The notes under the pieces: model-generated
What the model saw: only the letters and a program-made list of their open reading frames with translations
What the model was told of the DNA's origin: nothing
The model's database searches: none
Made by a program: the position numbers and the translations under genes
Shown here: positions 26,176 through 33,740 of the stretch, one piece after another
Layout of the letters: each line of letters opens with the position of its first letter
How positions within the stretch are numbered: position 1 is the stretch's first letter
Virus record (IMG/VR): IMGVR_UViG_3300045988_059541
Location: 1-37,033 of that record
DNA length: 37,033 nt
Reading direction: 5' to 3' (one strand)
From: a virus

Positions 26176-26949
26176 TTATAAATCCCCTCCTAGTTCTTCC
26201 ATTGATTTTCTTAATTCAGCAACCTCTTCATCAGATACTTGCTCTTCATCATTTCCGTATAGTCCTTCCGCTAATCGCCTTAATTCTTCTTTATCCTCTT
26301 CAGTTACTCTTTTTTTAAGTTTCTTTTTCTTCTGGTACCATTTCTTTTCTTTTGCTACTGCTAAAGCAAAGTTCTTTAGATTGGTTATTTTCTCAAGTCC
26401 ATAGAGTTTGCATGTTTCTATTACTTCATCGGCAACTTCTTCAAAGTCATTTTCAATAAGAAAAGATTTTAAATCAGACAAGTCAGAGTCACTGACAGAC
26501 AGTCTTCTTTTATTCTTTATTTCTTTTATTCTTTTATTCTTATTACGTCCTACCTCTTGTCCTACCTCTTGTCCTACCTCTTGTCCTACTTCTTGTCCTA
26601 CCTCTTGTCCTATTTTTAGGACACTAGGTGAGACACGGTTCTGATATTTATCCCAGTTTTCAACTGTTATAAGAGTGCCTTTTCTAGATATATCTAATTT
26701 GATTTTTCCGCACTCTTCTAAGAGGTGAAGATATTTAGTAATGGTGTTTTTTGCCATCCCGCATCTTTCCGATACCTGTCTAAGAGACAAAATGCATTGT
26801 CCTCTTTTGATAAGCTGTCCATGATGGTAGTAATCAACAGGATTGGCATGAAGAAGGATGTCAATCCAAAGGTGTAGCATTTTTGAATCATGATAGACTT
26901 CGTCGTAGTCCATCATGTATAACTTGATCCATCTTCTTTTTTCATCCAT
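26176..26949 (-). CDS. Phage replisome organizer / replication initiator (winged-helix N-terminal domain)
   Basis: The N-terminus WIKLYMMDYDEVYHDSKMLHLWIDILLHAN...GQCILSLRQVSERCGMAKNTITKYLHLLEECGKI resembles Phage_rep_org_N/DnaD-like initiators. The gene contains an internal iteron array and lies next to RecT. Confidence 0.6.
   Translation of the reverse strand: MDEKRRWIKLYMMDYDEVYHDSKMLHLWIDILLHANPVDYYHHGQLIKRGQCILSLRQVSERCGMAKNTITKYLHLLEECGKIKLDISRKGTLITVENWDKYQNRVSPSVLKIGQEVGQEVGQEVGQEVGQEVGRNKNKRIKEIKNKRRLSVSDSDLSDLKSFLIENDFEEVADEVIETCKLYGLEKITNLKNFALAVAKEKKWYQKKKKLKKRVTEEDKEELRRLAEGLYGNDEEQVSDEEVAELRKSMEELGGDL
26547..26612. repeat. 12-bp tandem repeat x5.5 (GTCCTACCTCTT), a candidate origin iteron array
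   Basis: Copies start at 26547, 26559, 26571, 26583 (one C>T change) and 26595, with a partial copy at 26607. The array encodes (GQEV)5 in frame. Confidence 0.9.
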
Positions 26950-26972
26950 CCCTCATGTCTTCCTTTCTTTAA

Positions 26973-27929
26973 TTAGAACTGTTCATAATCATAACCATCA
27001 TCGAAGTCACCGAATTCAGCATCGCCAAAATCAGTATTGACCATTGCTTCTTCTAGAACCTTGTCAGCTTCTTCATTTGGCTGTGGTGCTTTAGGTGCTG
27101 AACTTTCATTTGCGATTGCTTTAGGCGCTTCTTCATGTGCCTGTAGTTCTTCATCGTTTACAAATGTAACAGGAGCATCAACATACTCTTTTGTACCATC
27201 GCTATTGATTACTGCCATATCGGCATCAATAGCATTCTGCATATCAATTGACATGATACCCCACTTGCTGATCAACTGACGGAGCATAGTCTTGTATGCC
27301 ATTCCGTCAAAGTCTTTAGACCAGAATGTCCAGTTAGTGCCTTTTCGTTTATCTGCTGCATATCCTTGAGAGTATTTAAGCGCATGGGCTTCCATCTTCT
27401 CTTTTGACCAGTACATTGTTTTTCTGAAGCCGTTTGTATATTCAAACATTGCATAATAGCCGACTGTCTTAGCGTTCTCTCTTACAAGTTCATCATCAAT
27501 TAATCTGACTTCAATCTCTTCATTAAGTGGGTCGTAACGGATTAATTCACCTTCCTTAATCGAAATAACATTTAATTTTCTATACTGTCCACTTCTGATA
27601 GCTAACTGAATGTAACCTTTATAGCCTAACTGGAACTGTGCAACTGTTCCTCTCTTAGTCTTGTAAGGTACAAAGTAGTACTGTCCTAACTGAGGAGAAG
27701 GAGATAAGTTGAGCGCTTCGCCAAGGAATGCAGCAGTAATGATACTATTAGGCTCACATTCTTGTAGTTTTGGATCATTGACAACTGTAGAAGTAATAGA
27801 AGCAATGAAGCGTGTTCCATTCTTACCACCAACAACATCATTGATTTTTCTCTGTACTGCTGGGCTTGCGATAAAAGTACTGAATTTTGCTTTGTTTGTG
27901 TCTTTTCTTAAACTGTTTTTAACTGTCAT
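26973..27929 (-). CDS. recT: RecT-family single-strand annealing recombinase
   Basis: The PNSIITAAFLGEALNLSPSPQLGQYYFVPY and FQLGYKGYIQLA patterns are typical of RecT. It is paired with a YqaJ exonuclease. Confidence 0.85.
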   Translation of the reverse strand: MTVKNSLRKDTNKAKFSTFIASPAVQRKINDVVGGKNGTRFIASITSTVVNDPKLQECEPNSIITAAFLGEALNLSPSPQLGQYYFVPYKTKRGTVAQFQLGYKGYIQLAIRSGQYRKLNVISIKEGELIRYDPLNEEIEVRLIDDELVRENAKTVGYYAMFEYTNGFRKTMYWSKEKMEAHALKYSQGYAADKRKGTNWTFWSKDFDGMAYKTMLRQLISKWGIMSIDMQNAIDADMAVINSDGTKEYVDAPVTFVNDEELQAHEEAPKAIANESSAPKAPQPNEEADKVLEEAMVNTDFGDAEFGDFDDGYDYEQF

Positions 27930-27931
27930 TG

Positions 27932-29170
27932 TTATTTACCTTCTTTCTTCTTTCTAGGGAATCTTAAATCATAATCGAAACAACCATCATATTTGGCTTT
28001 GAGGTAGTCTAGAGATGTTTTTAATTCATTTAGTGCTGCATTTGTTCCTACGATTTTACCAACCAACATCTTTAGAGGTTCAGTTTCTTCTGGAGAAGCA
28101 TTTACAGGCTCTTGCTGCTTAACTTCTTCCTTCTGTCTCTGAAGTTCTCTGTTTCTTAAGATTCCGTTGATTCTGCAATCAATGTCCTTTGTAAGACTTT
28201 CAAGAGACTCCTGTACTAGCATCTTTTTGTATAGAGTTAAATCAAACATCTGCTGATCAATATCCGATTCCTTGCATTTTGCTTCTAAATAGATGCATAA
28301 GCCTTCAATTTTCTGCAGATAGATTTCATATTCCTTTTTAATTTTTTCACATTCCTGTCTGATTTCTTCAACAAGTGCCTTTGTTGGCTTATGGTTATTA
28401 ATGAATTTCTTCAATGTGCTCCAACGAGGATCCGTATTGAAGAAATTAGTAGCAAAGTATTCATTGAAATCATTTCTTCCTACGTAATCATGAAGAGACT
28501 TCTTGCATAGAGCTTCGACAACTTTCTTATTTTCTTCAACTTCCTTGTCTGTGAATTGCTTAATGTCATCAGAAAGCACCTTGATAGAAGATTCAAACAT
28601 CTTTAACACTTCTTTCATTTCATTTTCAAAGAGAGTGTAGCCTTCCATTGCTTTCTTCTTAACTTTCTTTTTCTTCTCATTGACATCGTTCATTTCTTTC
28701 TTTAATTTTGAAACAGTATCAGATAACTCTTTATAGTTGTCTGCAGTTACAACGATGCCGTCATAACGCTTTAGGTATGACTTGACTGCTAGCTTGAACT
28801 GTTCAGCATTGCCCTCAACCTTTGAAGGAATCACATCAACTATGCTTAGGTCAGGCATTTCAGCTACTTCATTGACATCTGCATCAATAGGCTGTGCATC
28901 TTCTTCATCGATGATTGCATCCTTGAACTTCACCTGTTCGTATCTGATGTCAATCTGCTTGTCAGCGAATACTTCACCATTGTCATTAACTGCAGTGAGT
29001 GCTGTGATTGCTCCAAAAGGCCATGCCAGTTCAGTTACTGGCTTTCCGCCTGCAATCTTCTTGTTGTCATCTGCAAGCATGACCTTGAGAATCTCAAAAT
29101 CAATCTTGTCCGTTTCGATTCCGATGTGACCGCCATATAAGCGGTCTTTAATTTCTTGTTTAAATCTCAT
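27932..29170 (-). CDS. DUF1351-like recombination-module protein (hypothetical)
   Basis: 412 aa with a K/E-rich coiled-coil centre. It sits between the exonuclease and RecT, where DUF1351 genes sit in Firmicutes phages (family recalled from memory). Confidence 0.4.
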   Translation of the reverse strand: MRFKQEIKDRLYGGHIGIETDKIDFEILKVMLADDNKKIAGGKPVTELAWPFGAITALTAVNDNGEVFADKQIDIRYEQVKFKDAIIDEEDAQPIDADVNEVAEMPDLSIVDVIPSKVEGNAEQFKLAVKSYLKRYDGIVVTADNYKELSDTVSKLKKEMNDVNEKKKKVKKKAMEGYTLFENEMKEVLKMFESSIKVLSDDIKQFTDKEVEENKKVVEALCKKSLHDYVGRNDFNEYFATNFFNTDPRWSTLKKFINNHKPTKALVEEIRQECEKIKKEYEIYLQKIEGLCIYLEAKCKESDIDQQMFDLTLYKKMLVQESLESLTKDIDCRINGILRNRELQRQKEEVKQQEPVNASPEETEPLKMLVGKIVGTNAALNELKTSLDYLKAKYDGCFDYDLRFPRKKKEGK

Positions 29171-29185
29171 TCTTTTTTCTTCATC

Positions 29186-29857
29186 CTATAGAAAATTTGG
29201 TTCAATATCTTCCACGATGTGCTTTTTCCAGAAGGCTTCTTCATCAGCCTCTAGCTGCATTAAATCCAAAAGCACCTCGCTTCTTTCAATTCTTCTAACA
29301 ATTGTCTTGGTTTCATCGCACCACGGCATCATGGCTATTGCGAATAAGACAACGAATTCAGCACCTGTCACATTCATATAATGAAGGCACTGACAGTAAT
29401 ATGTCTGAGGCATTGAATCATCGCCCCACTCTTCCTGAAAGTACTGCCACTTGTTAATGGTTGTTGACTTTATTTCAAGTATTCCGCTTGATCCATCTTC
29501 CTTACGAATAAGAGCGCCGTCCAAGTTGGCTCGCATCCAATCCTTGTCCTTGCGAGATAACGAATAATCCTTTGTGTCAATGACTTCATAGTCATCGCCA
29601 TACAACGCTTCGAACAGGTTGAACATCACAGGCTCTAAGCGATTACCCATTTCAATGGCATGATTGGTTACCTGAGGTCTTTTCTGTCTGCCTGTCTTGT
29701 CTTCCCACAACTCATGAAGTGTGGTGTAGCGGTTGACGCCTTCTATTATTCCAGCATCTGAACCACCGATACCTTTTCGTCTTTGAGAGAGCCACCCTTC
29801 TTTATCTTTTGGAATAGGATCATAGAGACAATCGAACAATCCTTTGAAAGAGGTCAT
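29186..29857 (-). CDS. YqaJ-like (lambda Exo-type, PD-(D/E)XK) recombination exonuclease
   Basis: WLSQRRKGIGGSDAGII...LHELWEDKTG...GNRLEP...ANLDGAL...GILEIKST matches the YqaJ motifs. Confidence 0.8.
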   Translation of the reverse strand: MTSFKGLFDCLYDPIPKDKEGWLSQRRKGIGGSDAGIIEGVNRYTTLHELWEDKTGRQKRPQVTNHAIEMGNRLEPVMFNLFEALYGDDYEVIDTKDYSLSRKDKDWMRANLDGALIRKEDGSSGILEIKSTTINKWQYFQEEWGDDSMPQTYYCQCLHYMNVTGAEFVVLFAIAMMPWCDETKTIVRRIERSEVLLDLMQLEADEEAFWKKHIVEDIEPNFL

Positions 29858-30081
29858 CGTATTTCCTCTAAAGCTGCGATTACATCTTTAATGAGAGCCA
29901 TGCCACTGTCTCCAGTAACATCAATGAACACTTCAGCATTACCTTCATAAAGTCTGACAGTGACCTCTTCATTGCCGTTCTTATCCTTGTGGTAAAGCAT
30001 TTCAGCGATTTCATCGCTCCACTTTCTAGTTCTAGTGAGAGTCTCAAACAGACTCTCTAGAATATCTTTCTTATTCTCCAT
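29854..30081 (-). CDS. Hypothetical small acidic protein
   Basis: 75 aa. Its stop overlaps the YqaJ start (ATGA). Confidence 0.4.
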   Translation of the reverse strand: MENKKDILESLFETLTRTRKWSDEIAEMLYHKDKNGNEEVTVRLYEGNAEVFIDVTGDSGMALIKDVIAALEEIR

Positions 30082-30388
30082 CTACGTAATCCCCTCCGAA
30101 CAAGCTATCTAGCGCTTCTAAGATATCAGAGACTGCATTTGCATCCCCCAGCGGTCCAAATGCCTCAATTGCAACATCCGGACTTTCATACACTTTACTT
30201 AGAATTCTACTGAACTCCTTTTCTTCTCCTTCATCGTCAAACCCATTAGTGAAGCCCCCTTCTTTTGCAGATTTAACGATGTAAGCAAAGAGTAATAAGT
30301 ACTGCCATGTGTTTCCTGTTCCTGTTACTTTACAGTTCCCGTCTTTAATCTCAAGATGTAGGAATGGTGTTTCTATGTGTTTGATCAT
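30071..30388 (-). CDS. Hypothetical strongly acidic protein
   Basis: 105 aa with about 21 D/E against 8 K/R by hand count. Confidence 0.4.
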   Translation of the reverse strand: MIKHIETPFLHLEIKDGNCKVTGTGNTWQYLLLFAYIVKSAKEGGFTNGFDDEGEEKEFSRILSKVYESPDVAIEAFGPLGDANAVSDILEALDSLFGGDYVDGE

Positions 30389-30389
30389 G

Positions 30390-30563
30390 TTATTTATCCC
30401 CCTTTAATCCGATGTATTCTAGAAACAGGATGTTTAATCCTAATGAGAAAGCACTTGAGACATGTACAGCTGTACTATCCCAATTGCTTCCTGATGTGAT
30501 CATTGAGATAACTGTCCCCAAAACGAATGCGTTAAATGCAATTAATAAGATTCTTTTACTATT
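30390..30563 (-). CDS. Small two-TM membrane protein (57 aa)
   Basis: The ATG at 30563 (MNSKRILLIAFNAFVLGTVISMI...) follows AAAGAGGAA. The track start at 30638 is a GTG inside a hairpin. Confidence 0.45.
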   Translation of the reverse strand, partial: NSKRILLIAFNAFVLGTVISMITSGSNWDSTAVHVSSAFSLGLNILFLEYIGLKGDK

Positions 30564-30633
30564 CATAATTTCCTCTTTCTGTGCTACAATTAGCACTGTC
30601 TGATTTTTATCAATCTTTTCCAAGATTGAGCGG

Positions 30634-30665
30634 AGCACACGATGGCAGTCGTGTGTTCTTTTTTT
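30634..30665 (+). terminator. Intrinsic-terminator-like hairpin oriented for the plus strand
   Basis: CACACGA-tggcag-TCGTGTG (7 bp) is followed by TTCTTTTTTT on the plus strand. A second hairpin, CAATCTT-ttcc-AAGATTG, lies at 30611-30628. Confidence 0.45.
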
Positions 30666-30670
30666 ATATG

Positions 30671-31123
30671 TTATTTTAGGCTATCGCGTGCATTCTTCAT
30701 TTTGAGCATAGCTATACTAACCGAATGACACACTGAATTAGGATTTTCAATTGCTGCTTCTAACATTTCTTTTAACACTCCTTTAGATTCTTCATCTCCG
30801 AAATTTTTAACAAGATAACCAACTAACGAAACAACAGTTATTAAAAGCTCTCCGCCAAGCATGTAAGTTCCTTCGTCCGCTTCGCTTTCTATTTCTAAAG
30901 ATGTTTCTTTTTCTGTAATAGTTGCCTTAATTTCAACTTCTCTTTCTAATTTGTTTTCTTTTTCTTCTGCTTTCTTCTTTTCTTCTGCGATTTCCATAAC
31001 TGCTTTTTCAATCACTTTAGTCAATTCATTAGGTGACTTGTTTGAAAGAATTATGTTTGTTAATCTGTCATCAACTTCATATCCCTTCATTGTTTTTCTT
31101 ACTAACTGTTCAAAATTTTCCAT
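30671..31123 (-). CDS. Hypothetical protein (charged N-terminal half, hydrophobic segment)
   Basis: The likely start is MENFEQ at 31123, after AAGGAGA. The track start at 31183 has no RBS. Confidence 0.4.
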   Translation of the reverse strand: MENFEQLVRKTMKGYEVDDRLTNIILSNKSPNELTKVIEKAVMEIAEEKKKAEEKENKLEREVEIKATITEKETSLEIESEADEGTYMLGGELLITVVSLVGYLVKNFGDEESKGVLKEMLEAAIENPNSVCHSVSIAMLKMKNARDSLK

Positions 31124-31335
31124 TTTCTTTTTCTCCTTTGTTCTTTTTTTGTGCTCATAAGCACTTAGCGCCAAAGAAAGCATTTATTTGATCAACAGAC
31201 AAATTATTTAAAAAGGATTGATATATTCAATGTAAGATACACATACGAAGGGTATTTCCAAAAAAATGAAAACGAAACATTCTACAATAATATTATTTGC
31301 CTTCTTTGGCCTTAGGTGCCTACGAGCGTCTAAAG

Positions 31336-31632
31336 TTATTTATTCAATTGTCTTTCTTTTAGAATCATCTCATGTTCAATATTCGCATTTTTGATGATCC
31401 TTTTTTCATCAACCCCAAGATAATCGATAACAAGTTTCATCGGCAAATATCTACTGTCGTGAAGTCTTTTACCAGATTTAAGCACTTCCTCGGTCATCTC
31501 TTTCTTAAGTCTAGAAGCCTTTGCTTCACTGCAACTTGCTAAAATCATGATGTCATTTCTATCAGCCCACTGTTTCTTAATCACATCGAACATTTGCAAG
31601 TTTGTTGTAGCCTGTTTACACATTTTTCTCAC
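31336..31632 (-). CDS. Hypothetical early protein
   Basis: 98 aa, immediately downstream of the antirepressor. No family was recognised. Confidence 0.35.
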   Translation of the reverse strand: MRKMCKQATTNLQMFDVIKKQWADRNDIMILASCSEAKASRLKKEMTEEVLKSGKRLHDSRYLPMKLVIDYLGVDEKRIIKNANIEHEMILKERQLNK

Positions 31633-31634
31633 CT

Positions 31635-32396
31635 CTATTCTGCTAAGAATTTGTTAATGAAATACTGCTGACCCTTACCGGTAACTTTTGGTGTCTTAGT
31701 AGTGATGTTTACACCAGAGCCATTTACGTAAGAGCCTTCCTTGATTTCAAATAACTCAAGTTCCATAGCCTTCTGTGTAGGCATGTTGTAATCAGTGCCC
31801 TGGCGCTTGATCAGATAGCCTTTTTCTCTGAGCCATGCAAATAAACGCTTCTGACCCATTTCAATGCCATTCTGCTTTAAGATTTTGGCAAGTTCACCAA
31901 CGAGGATAGATGTATGGCTAGTTGCTACTGCATCAGCAAATACCACCTTAGGCTTCATCTGCTTATTCTGGTTTTCAAGTTCTGCTCTTTTTTCTTTCTC
32001 GTTCTTCAACTCTGTCGCTAGTTTGATTAAAAAGTCTGGACTAGTGAGTGCTTTTTCTAGAGTATCAGCACTCATGTATGCGCCATGCTTTCTAATACTT
32101 GGCAATACCTCACTTGTTACCCACTTTTTAAATTCTTTGGCTTTAGGCAGTTTGCTCGAAAGCACTAAACTGTACAGACCGCTCTCGTTTATAACTGTCA
32201 GTTCTTGCACTCCTCCAAGGGTGTCACATTTCGTTACTCCCTTGTCCTCGTCATCAACATGGTCTGCGAGTGCTTTTCTTGGATTGCTATATCCTAAAAT
32301 AGAAGCAACGTCTTTGCCGACAAAATATGGCTCATTGTTAATTAATAATGTTCTAACTTCGCTATCTTTGAAATTAAATACTTGCACCTCATTCAT
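31635..32396 (-). CDS. ant: Phage antirepressor (Bro-N domain plus KilAC/ANT C-terminal domain)
   Basis: Bro-N pattern FNFKDSEVRTLLINNEPYFVGKDVASILGYSNPRKALADHVDDEDK...ESGLYSLVLSSKLPKAKEFKKWVTSEVLPSIRKHGAY. The C-terminal VATSHTSILVGELAKIL...RLFAWLREKGYL is ANT-like. Confidence 0.85.
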   Translation of the reverse strand: MNEVQVFNFKDSEVRTLLINNEPYFVGKDVASILGYSNPRKALADHVDDEDKGVTKCDTLGGVQELTVINESGLYSLVLSSKLPKAKEFKKWVTSEVLPSIRKHGAYMSADTLEKALTSPDFLIKLATELKNEKEKRAELENQNKQMKPKVVFADAVATSHTSILVGELAKILKQNGIEMGQKRLFAWLREKGYLIKRQGTDYNMPTQKAMELELFEIKEGSYVNGSGVNITTKTPKVTGKGQQYFINKFLAE

Positions 32397-32424
32397 AGTG
32401 TTTCTCCTTTCTTTCTAATCTCTT

Positions 32425-32667
32425 TTATAGTTTGCTTTTGTAAACTTTTAATTTAAAAAAATACTTTGGAACTTCATTGGGCTCAATATTTAAAAGTTTT
32501 GACATTTCTTTAATATCTTGAAGCGAAAATGAAACTTTATTGTTAAGTTTCCTGCTCACTGTATTATAAGAATGTCCCCATTTACCAGAAAAATTTTTAA
32601 TTGTTCCGAATTGCTCAATTATTTTTCCTCTTAATGAAGAATAGTCAAAACTTATTTCTTCGTTCAT
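32425..32667 (-). CDS. cro: Cro-like HTH regulator (DUF739-like)
   Basis: 80 aa with FDYSSLRGKIIEQFGTIKNFSGKWGHSYNTVSRKLNNKVSFSLQDI. It is divergent from the CI-like repressor. Confidence 0.6.
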   Translation of the reverse strand: MNEEISFDYSSLRGKIIEQFGTIKNFSGKWGHSYNTVSRKLNNKVSFSLQDIKEMSKLLNIEPNEVPKYFFKLKVYKSKL

Positions 32668-32700
32668 ATTTTTTTCACCTCGCTTTCAAATCACATCTAT

Positions 32701-32729
32701 AGTTTACATTTTTAAACTTTCACTGTCAA
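32701..32729 (-). promoter_or_regulatory. Early lytic promoter (PR-like)
   Basis: On the minus strand: TTGACA (32729-32724), a 17-nt spacer, then TAAACT (32706-32701). It lies ~35 nt upstream of the cro-like ATG. Confidence 0.55.
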
Positions 32730-32753
32730 CAAATAAGTTTAATTTTTTTAACT
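32701..32753. promoter_or_regulatory. Two 18-bp operator-like palindromes, AGTTTA-N6-T(A/T)AACT
   Basis: O1 is 32701-32718 (AGTTTAcattttTAAACT) and overlaps the -10 of the lytic promoter. O2 is 32736-32753 (AGTTTAattittTTAACT-like, one mismatch) and lies between the two -35 boxes. Confidence 0.45.
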
Positions 32754-32760
32754 TTTTTTG

Positions 32761-32789
32761 TTGATTGGTATTTTTGCTAATTGTATAAT
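32761..32789 (+). promoter_or_regulatory. Repressor (maintenance-type) promoter
   Basis: TTGATT (32761-66), a 17-nt spacer, then TATAAT (32784-89). AGGAGGTGA and the ATG at 32817 follow. Confidence 0.55.
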
Positions 32790-32816
32790 ATAAGCAAGGT
32801 AGGAGGTGAAAATAAA

Positions 32817-33428
32817 ATGGATAAGAAGGAATATACAGTAGCTGAAAGAATAAAGCACGGCCTCGATTTGAGAGGAATGAGAGCGGCTGACCTTTCCAGA
32901 AAAACAGGACTTACAAAGTCAATCATTTCCCAATATATGAGTGGCAGAGCAGAGCCTAAGCCAGAAAATCTCTTTAAAATATCAAAAGCCCTAGACATTT
33001 GGCCAACTTGGCTTATGGGTTATGACGTTGAAATCAAACCTTTTAACTATGAAGCGGTCGGAAGAGATAAATTTGAATCACACAAAGCTTATGTATATGA
33101 TAAGATAAATGGCATCTATGCAGATGAAGACACAAACAGTTATCAAATGTTTATTATTAAGGATCAGTCGCTGAAAGGCCTAGGAATAGAAGAAAATGAC
33201 ATCATTTTCTATAAAGAAATAGGCTTTGTAAAAAATAATGAACTTGCAGTTATCAAAATCAATGATCAGTTGGCAGTAAGGAGATATGTTCATTATGATA
33301 TAGGTCTCACAGTATTCAGAGCAGAAAACCCAACTTATAAAGATATTTCATACAAAGATAATGACATGAGTATTAGCGTTCAAGTAGTTGGTAAAGTAAT
33401 GGCTTTTGAAAGAATTTTAGCCAAATAA
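32817..33428 (+). CDS. CI-like repressor (XRE HTH plus S24 LexA-like C-terminal domain)
   Basis: HTH pattern ERIKHGLDLRGMRAADLSRKTGLTKSIISQYMSGRAEP. The C-terminal beta domain carries KDQSL and VVGKV (a Ser/Lys dyad-like arrangement). The start is placed at M13 because the promoter lies inside the longer track ORF. Confidence 0.8.
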   Translation: MDKKEYTVAERIKHGLDLRGMRAADLSRKTGLTKSIISQYMSGRAEPKPENLFKISKALDIWPTWLMGYDVEIKPFNYEAVGRDKFESHKAYVYDKINGIYADEDTNSYQMFIIKDQSLKGLGIEENDIIFYKEIGFVKNNELAVIKINDQLAVRRYVHYDIGLTVFRAENPTYKDISYKDNDMSISVQVVGKVMAFERILAK

Positions 33429-33455
33429 AAAAACTCCCCTGCTGCAACAGGAGAG
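33427..33455 (-). terminator. Intrinsic terminator oriented for the minus strand
   Basis: The minus strand reads CTCTCCTG-ttgcag-CAGGGGAG (8 bp, one mismatch) followed by TTTTTTT. On the plus strand no U-tract follows. Confidence 0.5.
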
Positions 33456-33595
33456 TAATAAGGAAGAGGTACTACCAATACCTCATATAACATATAAAAG
33501 AAGTTTCCTAACAAAAGTCCTTTTACGTACTCAATTATATCACTATTGGCACGTCAAAGGCAAATCACAACTGAAAGGCCATGTTATATTTAACT

Positions 33596-33671
33596 AAAAA
33601 AAGAAAGCCCAGGAGGCAACGTACAAAATAGTACGCTTAGCATTTAGCTACCTAACCTGGGTCTTATTTCT
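33596..33671 (-). ncRNA. Candidate ~75-nt small RNA (promoter plus structured stem plus U-tract)
   Basis: Downstream of a TTGACA-17-TATTCT promoter. The stem is CCCAGG(uu)AGG ... CCTCCTGGG (33608-33661) followed by CTTTCTTTTTTT. No ORF is present. Confidence 0.3.
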
Positions 33672-33677
33672 AATGTG

Positions 33678-33706
33678 AGAATATCACGCTAAATAACATT
33701 TGTCAA
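33678..33706 (-). promoter_or_regulatory. Minus-strand sigma-A-like promoter in the repressor-integrase spacer
   Basis: TTGACA (33706-33701), a 17-nt spacer, then TATTCT (33683-33678). A further extended -10 (TGaTATAAT) lies at 33542-33534. Confidence 0.4.
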
Positions 33707-33740
33707 ATCCAACAGCATTAATGAAAGGACGTGTCATATT

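Noticed and set aside
26547-26612. The 12-bp repeat array considered as a possible CRISPR or mini-array
   Set aside because: The repeats are contiguous with no spacers. They are only 12 bp long, lie in frame inside a gene encoding (GQEV)5, and no cas genes are present. They are interpreted as iterons or a linker repeat instead.
30564-30638. N-terminal extensions produced by non-ATG track starts (30638 GTG, and likewise 5826 TTG, 25437 GTG, 31183 and 32781)
   Set aside because: In each case an internal ATG with a proper GGAGG-type RBS exists. In addition, the extension runs through a hairpin, a promoter or the upstream gene's end.
32777-32998. Minus-strand 73-aa ORF overlapping the start of the repressor gene
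   Set aside because: It is antisense to a well-supported HTH repressor. It has no RBS and would start inside the repressor coding region.
33596-33671. Structured element examined as a possible tRNA
   Set aside because: There is no acceptor-stem/T-arm geometry and no GTTCRA T-loop. The single long stem with a U-tract fits a terminator or small RNA, not a tRNA.
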